Shown here one piece after another: positions 17,633 through 26,770 of a stretch of 64,000 nucleotides of DNA (its first letter is position 1; every line of letters begins with the position of its first letter). The notes below the pieces were generated by a model. The model had not been told where the DNA came from and did no database searches. It was given only the letters and a program-made list of their open reading frames with translations. Source of the stretch: Candidatus Poriferihabitaceae bacterium. GTDB lineage: Bacteria; Pseudomonadota; Gammaproteobacteria; Arenicellales; Poriferihabitantaceae. The DNA is taken from the NCBI GenBank assembly GCA_965204925.1, contig OZ242021.1, positions 2,222,454 to 2,286,453 on the forward strand, written 5' to 3'. Made by a program: the position numbers and the translations under genes.

Positions 17633-19951
17633 ATGCTGAAAACCAACGGCTTTGTCGATCTTCGGATCGGTCACGGCGCCACAGGCATCGGGGATGAAAG
17701 CGTATGGCCGTCTTTCACCGACATCATGACCGTCGTCGTTATGATATTTCTGATGACGCTGGTCGTCATCATGGTGCGCAATTTTGGATTGAGCAGTGAG
17801 TTGTTGACCAATATCTCGGCCAGGGAGGCGGCGATGTTGGCCAACCAGGATCTGGCGCAAAAAAACACGGAACTGCAAGCCTCCCTGCAAAGCACGGAAA
17901 GCGAACGCTCCTCACTCGCCGTATCGCTGGCGCAAGCGTTTGATCGCATTGCCTTGCTTACCGAGAATCAGCTTGAGCTACAGGCAGACCTGGAGTCAAT
18001 GGCGGCGGTGCGCGAGGAGCTTGAGCAGGCAAATACGCGGCTGCGACAGGCCCAGCTTGAGACATTGACGGAGGTTGAGGTTCTGACTGCCGACACGGAG
18101 AGCCTGGCGCGGCAGAAACTGGAGCTTGAGTCTGCCTTGCAAGGTACGGAAGTTGCGTTACAGGACACGAGAGCCGAGTTGCGGGGTACGGAGGCGGAAC
18201 GGTCTTCGCTGGCGGAGTCGCTTGAGCAGGCGCTTGAGCGGATTGGCGCGCTTGTCGAGAGTGAGCGCGGGTTGCAGGATGAAGTAGCGCTGTTGACGGC
18301 GACGCGGGAAGAGCTTGAGTCTGCCTTGCAAGGTACGGAAGTTGCGTTGCAGGACACGAGAGCCGAGTTGCGGGGTACGGAGGCGGAACGGTCTTCGCTG
18401 GCGGAGTCGCTTGAGCAGGCGCTTGAGCGGATTGGCGCGCTTGTCGAGAGTGAGCGCGGGTTGCAGGATGAAGTAGCGCTGTTGACGGCGACGCGGGAAG
18501 AGCTTGAGTCTGCCTTGCAAGGTACGGAAGTTGCGTTGCAGGACACGAGAGCCGAGTTGCGGGGTACGGAGGCGGAACGGTCTTCGCTGGCGGAGTCGCT
18601 TGAGCAGGCGCTTGAGCGGATTGGCGCGCTTGTCGAGAGTGAGCGCGGGTTGCAGGATGAAGTGGCGTTGTTGACGGCGGCGCGCGAGGAGCTTGAGCAG
18701 GCAAACGCGCGGCTGCGGCAGGCCCGGCTTGAGACATTGACGGAGGTTGAGGTTCTGACTGCCGACACGGAGAGTCTGGCGCGACAGAAGCTGGAGCTTG
18801 AGTCTGCCTTGCAAGGTACGGAAGTTGCGTTACAGGACACGAGAGCCGAGTTGCGGGGTACGGAAGCTGAACGGTCTTCGCTGGCGGAGTCGCTTGAGCA
18901 GGCGCTTGAGCGGATTGGCGCGCTTGTCGAGGGTGAGCGCGGGTTGCAGGATGAAGTGGCGTTGTTGACGGCGGCGCGCGAGGAGCTTGAGCAGGCAAAC
19001 GCGCGGCTGCGGCAGGCCCGGCTTGAGACATTGACGGAGGTTGAGGCTCTGACTGCCGACACGGAGAGTCTGGCGCGGCAGAAGCTGGAGCTTGAGTCTG
19101 CCTTGCAAGGTACGGAAGTTGCGTTACAGGACACGAGAGCCGAGTTGCGGGGTACGGAAGCTGAACGGTCTTCGCTGGCGGAGTCGCTTGAGCAGGCGCT
19201 TGAGCGGATTGGCGCGCTTGTCGAGAGTGAGCGCGGGTTGCAGGATGAGCTTGCCGGGCAGACTGCCAACGAACTGCTTTTAAGCCGAAATATCGGATCG
19301 CTCAATGAAACGTTGGCCGAGTTGGAGATACAGTCCGAATCTCGCATCTCTTCTCTCATTGAAGAAAGAGCCACATTGGAGGAGCGCATCCATAGCCTGT
19401 CCCGGCAACTTGAGCATTTGCAGCGGTTATTGGCCCGATCCACTCTTGAGAATCGGTTGCTGAGTGAGGAAATGGCGCAAGTGGAAAGAATCAATGAAAG
19501 CGCGTCGGAACGATATGCCCGCGTGGCTGATGAGATTTTGTCACTGCAAGAATTGATCGGGCAAAGAGAAGCGGAAATTGCCGCTTTGCAGGCAAGTGTG
19601 GATACGTCCGCCCGGCAATACCGCTCCCTGCAGGAGGAGTACGAAAGTCTTGATGCCCAGTATCGCAGGCTGGTTCGTCCCGCGAGAAGCCCGGCCGGGA
19701 AAACAGTGGCTGAAATCAGGGTCGGGAAAAACGCCGGGGCCTGGTCATATGAGATCAAGCAACCGGGCGACATCCAATGGACGCAGGTTTCCCGAGGCCA
19801 GATGGATTCAACCTTGCAGAAACTGAAAAACCGGCTGGGTACATCGCTGTATACGAAAATCGTCATTCCTGACGACAGCAACCTTACTTTTAATGAGGCT
19901 TGGGGTTTTACCTGGGAGATCCTGCAAAAGTATGATTATTATTACCAATAG
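17633..19951 (+). CDS. MotB/ExbD-like single-TM anchor protein with a long tandem-repeat coiled coil and an unknown C-terminal domain (no OmpA-like domain seen)
   Basis: The N-terminus (…[24 protein letters not shown]) mirrors the MotB TM with its conserved Asp (E. coli YADFMTAMMAFFLVMW). About 650 aa of heptad-like E/L/A/Q/R-rich sequence follows, ending in a ~110-aa non-repetitive C-terminus. The ATG at 17633 is preferred; a GTG at 17603 would overlap the upstream gene by 17 nt. Confidence 0.55.
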   Translation: MLKTNGFVDLRIGHGATGIGDESVWPSFTDIMTVVVMIFLMTLVVIMVRNFGLSSELLTNISAREAAMLANQDLAQKNTELQASLQSTESERSSLAVSLAQAFDRIALLTENQLELQADLESMAAVREELEQANTRLRQAQLETLTEVEVLTADTESLARQKLELESALQGTEVALQDTRAELRGTEAERSSLAESLEQALERIGALVESERGLQDEVALLTATREELESALQGTEVALQDTRAELRGTEAERSSLAESLEQALERIGALVESERGLQDEVALLTATREELESALQGTEVALQDTRAELRGTEAERSSLAESLEQALERIGALVESERGLQDEVALLTAAREELEQANARLRQARLETLTEVEVLTADTESLARQKLELESALQGTEVALQDTRAELRGTEAERSSLAESLEQALERIGALVEGERGLQDEVALLTAAREELEQANARLRQARLETLTEVEALTADTESLARQKLELESALQGTEVALQDTRAELRGTEAERSSLAESLEQALERIGALVESERGLQDELAGQTANELLLSRNIGSLNETLAELEIQSESRISSLIEERATLEERIHSLSRQLEHLQRLLARSTLENRLLSEEMAQVERINESASERYARVADEILSLQELIGQREAEIAALQASVDTSARQYRSLQEEYESLDAQYRRLVRPARSPAGKTVAEIRVGKNAGAWSYEIKQPGDIQWTQVSRGQMDSTLQKLKNRLGTSLYTKIVIPDDSNLTFNEAWGFTWEILQKYDYYYQ
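18023..19250 (+). repeat. In-frame tandem repeat array: five 189-bp units (63 aa) and three 105-bp linker units (35 aa), also readable as 294-bp higher-order repeats
   Basis: The unit start gagtctgccttgcaaggtacgg occurs at 18128, 18317, 18506, 18800 and 19094, giving spacings of 189, 189, 294 and 294. The linker gagcaggcaaa[t/c]gcgcggctgcg… occurs at 18023, 18695 and 18989. Copies differ by only a few nucleotides. Confidence 0.95.
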
Positions 19952-19980
19952 TCGTTGACTGCAAGCGATACGCCGCGGTC

Positions 19981-21861
19981 ATGAAGTATCCGGAAAAATT
20001 CGACATAGTCGTTATCGGCGGCGGCCATGCCGGCGTGGAAGCGGGACTGGCGGCTGCTCGCATGAATTGCCGAACGTTGCTGGTTACGCACAATATTGAA
20101 ACGATCGGGCAGATGTCGTGCAATCCGGCGATTGGCGGAATCGGCAAGGGCCATATTGTCAAGGAGATTGACGCTCTTGGCGGCATTATGGCGCAGGCGA
20201 TCGATCAGTCCGGCATTCATTTTCGTATACTGAACTCCCGCAAAGGCGCGGCGGTACAGGCGACGCGGGCCCAGGCAGACCGGGCGTTATACAAAATTGC
20301 GGTTCGACGAATGGTCGATGATCAGCCCGGCCTGACCGTATTCCAGCAATCGGTTGATGACCTGATGCTGCAGGGAGACCGGGTGACCGGGGTTAAAACC
20401 GGGTCGGGAGTGGAGATTGAAGCGCCGGTCGTGGTGCTGACGGCCGGGACTTTTCTTAACGGCAAGATTCATGTCGGAATGAACAATTTGCAAGGAGGGC
20501 GGGCGGGCGATCCTCCATCCATCGCACTGGCGGAGCGGTTACGTGAGCTGCCGTTTCGCGTTGGCCGGCTGAAGACCGGAACCCCACCGCGAATTGACGG
20601 AAAAACGATCGATTACAGTGAGCTGGAAAAACAACCGGGTGATCGACCGGTACCCGTGTTCTCATTTTTCGGGAGCGCCGAACATCATCCTGCCCAGGTC
20701 TGTTGCCACATTACGCATACCAATGACTCTACTCATGAAATTATCCGCGAATCCTTGCACCGATCACCGCTTTACGGCGGTGAAATCGAAGGGGTGGGGC
20801 CGCGATACTGTCCCTCGATCGAGGACAAGGTAGTGCGTTTCAGCGACCACAACAGTCATCAGATTTTCATTGAGCCCGAGGGACTGAATACAACGGAAGT
20901 GTATCCAAACGGTATTTCCACCAGTCTGCCGTTCGATGTACAACATTCCTTCATCAGAACGATAAAAGGCTTTGAACGAGCCTTGATTACCCGCCCCGGC
21001 TATGCCATCGAATATGATTTTTTCGATCCGCGCGGCCTGAACAGCTCGCTGGAAACCAAATCGATCGGCGGATTGTTCTTTGCCGGACAGATTAACGGCA
21101 CGACCGGTTATGAGGAAGCGGCGGGTCAGGGGTTGATTGCAGGCATCAATGCCGCGCTCAGGGTGCAGCAAAAGGAACCCTGGCGCCCGGCCCGAAATGA
21201 GGCTTATATCGGGGTGATGATTGATGATCTGGTTACTCGCGGCACCGCCGAGCCTTATCGGATGTTTACTTCCCGGGCAGAATATCGACTACAGCTTCGT
21301 GAAGACAATGCCGATTTGCGATTGACCGAGAAGGGTTTTCAACTGGGGGTAGTGGATCATGAGCGCATCGCCGCCTTCAAACTGAAAAGAGATCGGATCG
21401 ACAGGGAAAGAGGGCGTCTGGAGAGAACCCGGGTGCACCCGGACAAGACCGATGTCGAGCGGATTCAGAAAATTCTCGGACAGCCATTGCAACGTGAAAC
21501 CAGCTTGTTCGACCTGCTCAGGCGGCCGGAGACGGACTACGATGACGTGATTGCCCTGGCGGGGCTGGATTCCCCGCTTGACGACCCGGAAAGCATTCGT
21601 CAACTCGAGATTCAGGCCCGCTACAGCGGCTATATCGAACGCCAGACGATCGAAATAGAGCGTCAGAAAAACAGCGACAGGCTGACGATCCCGCAGTCCG
21701 TCGATTATGCCGGGGTGAGAGGGCTGTCTGCCGAGGTACAGCAGAAATTGACCGAAATCCGCCCGCAGACAATCGGCCAGGCTGCCCGTATTGCGGGCGT
21801 GACTCCGGCCGCCGTTTCCCTGCTGCTCGTCCACCTGAAAAAACTCCGACGCGCTGCCTGA
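19981..21861 (+). CDS. mnmG: tRNA uridine 5-carboxymethylaminomethyl modification enzyme MnmG (GidA)
   Basis: [62 protein letters not shown] is a textbook GidA N-terminus. Length is 626 aa. Confidence 0.97.
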   Translation: MKYPEKFDIVVIGGGHAGVEAGLAAARMNCRTLLVTHNIETIGQMSCNPAIGGIGKGHIVKEIDALGGIMAQAIDQSGIHFRILNSRKGAAVQATRAQADRALYKIAVRRMVDDQPGLTVFQQSVDDLMLQGDRVTGVKTGSGVEIEAPVVVLTAGTFLNGKIHVGMNNLQGGRAGDPPSIALAERLRELPFRVGRLKTGTPPRIDGKTIDYSELEKQPGDRPVPVFSFFGSAEHHPAQVCCHITHTNDSTHEIIRESLHRSPLYGGEIEGVGPRYCPSIEDKVVRFSDHNSHQIFIEPEGLNTTEVYPNGISTSLPFDVQHSFIRTIKGFERALITRPGYAIEYDFFDPRGLNSSLETKSIGGLFFAGQINGTTGYEEAAGQGLIAGINAALRVQQKEPWRPARNEAYIGVMIDDLVTRGTAEPYRMFTSRAEYRLQLREDNADLRLTEKGFQLGVVDHERIAAFKLKRDRIDRERGRLERTRVHPDKTDVERIQKILGQPLQRETSLFDLLRRPETDYDDVIALAGLDSPLDDPESIRQLEIQARYSGYIERQTIEIERQKNSDRLTIPQSVDYAGVRGLSAEVQQKLTEIRPQTIGQAARIAGVTPAAVSLLLVHLKKLRRAA

Positions 21862-21912
21862 TCAACGTTGCGGGGCAGGTTATTTGTCGTATGAGCCCGC
21901 CCGCGCTGTGTC

Positions 21913-24372
21913 TCACCCCCGCATTCTTTTTGCGGCCGGATCATACATTGCGGACAGACTAGCGCGGGCCGGAACGGTGCGACCGGCCACATCAATGGCA
22001 AACGTCCCGGAAGTGATATAGTCCGTATCCACTCCGTCCTGTTCGTAGACATACCCCATTCCGACCGCTCCTCCCAGGGTATGGCCATAGTTGCCCGACG
22101 TTAAATGTCCGACCAGCTTGCCGTCTCGCAGGATCGGCTCGTGGTGATACAGCGTCTCTTCCGGATCCTCAAGCAGAAATTGCACCATGCGTTTCTTTTT
22201 CCAGCTTTCGTTCTGTTTTTGCCGGAGCATGGCATCGCGGCCAATGAACGGGATGTCCTTTTCATAATCGCAGACAAAGCCAAGCCCGCATTCCAGTGGC
22301 GTATCGGTATCGGCCACATCGTGCCCGAAGTGAACGAATTTCTTCTCGATCCGGCCACTGTCCAGCGCATGCAGTCCGGCCATTACGAGACCGTATTTTT
22401 CGCCGGCCTGCCACAGCTGATCGAACCCGTGACGCGCCATATCCACCGGGATATACAGTTCCCATCCCAATTCCCCTACATAGGAGACCCGGGCCGCCCG
22501 TCCGACTGCGCATCCTATTTCGACCGGTTTGGACATTCCGAACGGGAATGCAGGCGTGCTCATGTCGATGCCGAGAACATCGCTGAGCAATGCCCGGCTG
22601 TTCGGACCCATTACGCCCAGCACCGCCAGGCTGCTGGTGATGTCGGTAACCGTACAAAAAGCGTCATCGGGGATGTTGCGCTCCAGCCAATCGAGGTCCC
22701 TGTGGGTCACTGCCGCGGCGCTCACTACCAGAAACCGGTTTTCGTCAAGCCGCGTCACTGTCAGGTCCGCCTCGATGCCGCCTCGCTGGTTGAGCCAATG
22801 AGTGTATACGAGCCTGCCGGGCGGGACATCGACATTGGCGCTACAGATCCTCTGCAATACGCGGCAACTGTCCCTGCCCTGCACCAGATATTTCGAAAAG
22901 CTGCTCTGATCGAACAGCGCCACGTTGTCACGAAACGCCTTGTGCTCCGCGGCCGAATAGTTGAACCAGTTCTGCTTGCCGAAGCTGTATTCATATTTCG
23001 GTTCGATGCCTCGCGGAGCAAACCAGTTCGGGCGCTCCCAGCCGGCCGCTTCTCCGAAACAGGCATTGTGTTCAACCAGTTTTTCGTGGATCGGGGAGTG
23101 ACGCACATTCCTTGATGTCTCCATTTGCCGGTATGGCCAGTGGTGCCCATACAACAACCCGAGAGTCTCGCTGACCCGGTTCCGAAGATACCGGCGGGTT
23201 CCCTGAAATGAATACATGCGGCGAATATCCACGCTCCACAAGTCCAGCGGAGCATGCCCCTGATCGATCCATTCCGACAGCGCCTTGCCAATGCCTCCAG
23301 AACTCTGGATGCCGATCGAATTCAAACCCGCCGCTACGAAAAAATTTCGCACTCCGGGAGCTTCTCCGATATGGAACTGGTCGTCCGGGGTAAATGATTC
23401 CGGTCCACAGAAGAACTTGCGCCAGCCAGCTTGCTGCAATATCGGTACCCGTTCCATCGACTTTTCAAGCACGGGCATCATCTGTTCTTCGAAATGGCCG
23501 TCAATTTCATCGAAACTGAAATCCTCGGGGATACCGTCCTGCCCCCACGGTATCGCATTCGGCTCAAATTGCCCGACCAGCAGGCTGCCCGCATCCTGTT
23601 TGTAATAAGCGCTATTGTCATGATCCCGCATTACAGGCAAATCGGGAGGCAGCGAATCGATCTTTTCAGTTACCGCATAGTAATGCTCTGCCGCATGGAG
23701 CGGGATGTTTACTCCGGCCATGCCGCCGACTTCCCGCGCCCACATTCCGGCGCAGTTGACGACGAATTCGGCCTGGATATCTCCCTGACTGGTATTGACC
23801 CCGCAAACCCGGCCGTTCTCAACCACGATGCCCGTTACTTTCACTCCTTCCAGGCACAAGGCGCCGCGGTTACGGGCGCTTTTGATAAAGGCGGCCGTTA
23901 CATCTACCGGACTGGCGTAGCCATCCTGAGCAACCCAGCTTCCACCCAGCAAATCCTCTGTCTTAAGGTAAGGATAAAGCTCCTTGATCTCTTGCGGCGT
24001 AATAATATCGACGCGGGTTACTCCAAAAGCGTTATTCATCGCCGCGACCCGTTTCAGCTCTTCAAACCGCCCTTCACTGTGTGCGATGCTGATTGAACCT
24101 ACTTGTCTGAACCCGGTTGACTGCCCGCTTTCTTTCTCTATTTCCGACAGAACCGACATCGAATACTGGGCCATTTTGGCGTGACTCTCATTGGCGCGCA
24201 TGGTGCCGATCAGCCCGGCGGCATGCCAGGTGGCGCCGCAACTGAACTGGCTGCGTTCAAGCAGCACAACGCCGCTCCAGCCGATTTTAGCCAGATGCCA
24301 GGCTACGCTGGAGCCGATAACGCCGCCGCCTATAATGACTGCGCTTGCTTTTCCCGGAAGTTTCGGAGGCAT
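21913..24372 (-). CDS. FAD-dependent oxidoreductase fused to a GcvT-type folate-binding domain (dimethylglycine/sarcosine dehydrogenase family)
   Basis: N-terminal dinucleotide fold (SAVIIGGGVIGSSVAWHLAK) and a C-terminal aminomethyltransferase-like region (…SYVGELGWELYIP…). About 820 aa, typical of DMGDH/SARDH-like enzymes. The ATG at 24372 is preferred over the TTG at 24390. Confidence 0.85.
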   Translation of the reverse strand: MPPKLPGKASAVIIGGGVIGSSVAWHLAKIGWSGVVLLERSQFSCGATWHAAGLIGTMRANESHAKMAQYSMSVLSEIEKESGQSTGFRQVGSISIAHSEGRFEELKRVAAMNNAFGVTRVDIITPQEIKELYPYLKTEDLLGGSWVAQDGYASPVDVTAAFIKSARNRGALCLEGVKVTGIVVENGRVCGVNTSQGDIQAEFVVNCAGMWAREVGGMAGVNIPLHAAEHYYAVTEKIDSLPPDLPVMRDHDNSAYYKQDAGSLLVGQFEPNAIPWGQDGIPEDFSFDEIDGHFEEQMMPVLEKSMERVPILQQAGWRKFFCGPESFTPDDQFHIGEAPGVRNFFVAAGLNSIGIQSSGGIGKALSEWIDQGHAPLDLWSVDIRRMYSFQGTRRYLRNRVSETLGLLYGHHWPYRQMETSRNVRHSPIHEKLVEHNACFGEAAGWERPNWFAPRGIEPKYEYSFGKQNWFNYSAAEHKAFRDNVALFDQSSFSKYLVQGRDSCRVLQRICSANVDVPPGRLVYTHWLNQRGGIEADLTVTRLDENRFLVVSAAAVTHRDLDWLERNIPDDAFCTVTDITSSLAVLGVMGPNSRALLSDVLGIDMSTPAFPFGMSKPVEIGCAVGRAARVSYVGELGWELYIPVDMARHGFDQLWQAGEKYGLVMAGLHALDSGRIEKKFVHFGHDVADTDTPLECGLGFVCDYEKDIPFIGRDAMLRQKQNESWKKKRMVQFLLEDPEETLYHHEPILRDGKLVGHLTSGNYGHTLGGAVGMGYVYEQDGVDTDYITSGTFAIDVAGRTVPARASLSAMYDPAAKRMRG

Positions 24373-24431
24373 GGTAAGTTCTCTCTGCAAGTAAAAGGAT
24401 GGTGACGAGGTTGGGCTGGCAGGCGTTGCCG

Positions 24432-26621
24432 TCAGTTTCGTTTTTTGACGCCTCGGGTTCTCACCGATTTCTTGCGGCGCCTCGTTTGCAGCCGGGTCTG
24501 GGCGTATTCAATCAGCTGGTGCTGGCAACCGACGGCGCCCGGTGATTTACAGACTCGCTTGATGTAGGAGCCGTCAGACTGCATTTCCCAGGCATCGACA
24601 TCGTCGTTGAGCAATGTGTCCAGAATCAGGTTGAGTTCATGCTTCAATGATTTCCCGTTGATCGGGGTCACGACCTCAACCCGGCTTTCGAGGTTCCTCT
24701 TCATGAGGTCGGCGGAGCCGATCAAATATTCTTCTGCGCCCTTGTTCCAGAAATAAAACACCCGGCTGTGCTCGAGGAAGCGGCCAACTATACTGATTAC
24801 GGTCACATTTTCGGATAGTCCTTTTATCCCCGGGCGCAATCGGCAGGTATCCCGAATAATCAGATCGACTTTTACTCCTGCGGCCGAAGCGCGGTACAGG
24901 GCTTCCACAATATCGCGGTCTTCAAGGGCATTCGACTTGATGCGGATCAGCCCTTTGCCGCCCTCGGCAGCCTGGGCGATTTCCCGCCTGATTTTTTCGA
25001 TCAGCTCTTTTTTCAGTTGTTTTGGAGAAACGAGGAGTTGTTTGAAAGATCGTTTCCTCAAATGGCCTGTAGTAAGGTAGTTGAACAGCTCGGTGGTGTC
25101 GTTGCCGATATAATCGTCGCAGGTCAATAATCCGAGATCGGTATATTGTCTGGCCGTGCCGCCATGATAGTTGCCGGTGCCGATATGTACATAACGTCTG
25201 AGTTTATCAACATCCTTGCGCACCACCATCAATACCTTGCAATGGGTTTTCAGTCCGATCACTCCGTAAGTGACATGGATGCCGGCGCGTTCCATGCGCT
25301 CGGCCCATTTGATGTTGGCAGCCTCATCGAATTTTGCCTTTAATTCAACGACTACCGCGACTTGTTTCCTGTTATTCGCGGCCTCGATCAGCAAATCGAC
25401 AATACGTGTTTCTTCGTCCGTGCGATAGAGTGACATCTTGATCGCCCGAACCTGTTCGTCACGGGCGGCCTCTCTCAGGAAGCGGACGACGGACGTATCG
25501 AATGATTCATAAGGGTGCTGCAACAGTATCGAACGGGCTTCCCGAATGGAGTGGAAAATACTGCGCTGCCCGTCCTGCAGCCTGTGATGGTTGATCGGCA
25601 GATGCAATGGATAGTGAAGTTCCGGGCGCGGCAACGATACCAGCTCGAACAGGTCCTTCTGGGCGAGCAGGCTTGCGGATTCGAATACATCCGTTTCCAC
25701 ATTCAGGCCAAGCTGCTCCGCCAGCATTTTCTTTCTGTCATCGCTCATACCCCGATTGACGGTAATACGCACGATCGGGGCGATTCGCCGGTCGCGCAGT
25801 TCGGACTCGATCATTGCCAGCAGGTCGCTGACACCGGATTCCTGTCTTTCCGCCGCCGCATTCCTTGAAATATAAAAATAGTCGAATTCGAAGTCCTGTT
25901 CGCCAGGGAAAAGCAGGTTCAGATTGTGGGCAATGATTTGTTCCAGAGGGACGAAATGGCCGGACTCGGCAAGCTGGACAAAGCGCGGTACGCCAGCCCC
26001 GACCGGGACTTTTACCCTGGCCAGGAACGAGTCCTCGTCATTGATCGACGGCAGGGTCACCAGTATGTTCAGTGACAAGTTGGAAATGAACGGGAAAGGA
26101 TGGGCCGGGTCGAAGATCTGGGGTGTGACGAGAGGGAAAATATTCTCGAAATAGTGGTGCCGCAAAGCGTCCCGCTGATTCCGGTCCAGTTCGTCATAGT
26201 CCAGAATGCGGATGTCCCTGGCGGCCAGCTCAGCCAGAAGTTCGGGCAGCGCATCGTCATTAATCGCTTCGAGTTCCTTTACCAGCGCCCGGCATTCGCT
26301 CAGTTGTTGTTGTGGATTGCGTCCGTCCACGCTCAGTTCGACAACGCCGGCCATCTCCTGAAGTTTCAAACCGCCAATGCGTTTCATAAAAAACTCATCA
26401 ATATTCGAGGCAAAGATGGCGAAGAATTTGAGGCGTTCCAGCAAAGGGTTGCCATTGTCCATCGCTTCGCACAATACCCGGCGGTTGAACTGGAGCCAAG
26501 TGATTTCCCGGTTCAGATAAAGATCACAGGCGGTCAGATCATGGTCAATGACGTTCGCGGCTGCCGGTTTGTCGTTCGGCATCCGGGCTGACGCGGGTTT
26601 TTCGACTGAATTCAATGACAT
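24432..26621 (-). CDS. ppk: Polyphosphate kinase 1
   Basis: LYLNREITWLQFNRRVLCEA N-terminal signature and two PLD-like HKD-type regions (…KTHCKVLMVVR…, …GRFLEHSRVFYF…). Length is 729 aa. Confidence 0.95.
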   Translation of the reverse strand: MSLNSVEKPASARMPNDKPAAANVIDHDLTACDLYLNREITWLQFNRRVLCEAMDNGNPLLERLKFFAIFASNIDEFFMKRIGGLKLQEMAGVVELSVDGRNPQQQLSECRALVKELEAINDDALPELLAELAARDIRILDYDELDRNQRDALRHHYFENIFPLVTPQIFDPAHPFPFISNLSLNILVTLPSINDEDSFLARVKVPVGAGVPRFVQLAESGHFVPLEQIIAHNLNLLFPGEQDFEFDYFYISRNAAAERQESGVSDLLAMIESELRDRRIAPIVRITVNRGMSDDRKKMLAEQLGLNVETDVFESASLLAQKDLFELVSLPRPELHYPLHLPINHHRLQDGQRSIFHSIREARSILLQHPYESFDTSVVRFLREAARDEQVRAIKMSLYRTDEETRIVDLLIEAANNRKQVAVVVELKAKFDEAANIKWAERMERAGIHVTYGVIGLKTHCKVLMVVRKDVDKLRRYVHIGTGNYHGGTARQYTDLGLLTCDDYIGNDTTELFNYLTTGHLRKRSFKQLLVSPKQLKKELIEKIRREIAQAAEGGKGLIRIKSNALEDRDIVEALYRASAAGVKVDLIIRDTCRLRPGIKGLSENVTVISIVGRFLEHSRVFYFWNKGAEEYLIGSADLMKRNLESRVEVVTPINGKSLKHELNLILDTLLNDDVDAWEMQSDGSYIKRVCKSPGAVGCQHQLIEYAQTRLQTRRRKKSVRTRGVKKRN

Positions 26622-26697
26622 TTGTCATACCATGGGAAAAGTGTCATGTGAATTATACAATTTTAATTGAAATTCATGTCATATTCGGTCATATTCC
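26622..26697. promoter_or_regulatory. Cluster of Pho-box-like TGTCAT half-sites in the ppk / CNNM divergent intergenic region
   Basis: TGTCAT at 26623, 26642 and 26677, and GGTCAT at 26687. GTCATATTC is directly repeated at 26678-26686 and 26688-26696, giving a period of 10 rather than the canonical 11. Confidence 0.3.
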
Positions 26698-26770
26698 CAA
26701 GCCGTTCAATCTTGAGGAGCATGCCTTTACATGTCCGAACACCCCCCCAGTCCGTTAGTAACCGAAAATC

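Noticed and set aside
18023-19250. Possible CRISPR array, because of regularly spaced repeats
   Set aside because: The units are 189 and 105 bp, contiguous with no unique spacers, and fully in-frame inside a CDS. This is not CRISPR architecture.
17958-19881. Very long antisense ORFs (357 aa, 637 aa, 218 aa, 92 aa) across the repeat region
   Set aside because: They are low-complexity (S/A/R/P/Q-rich) mirror images of the GC-rich repeat array. The plus-strand frame has the TM anchor, coiled-coil periodicity and an operon context. Stop-free antisense frames are expected in such repeats.
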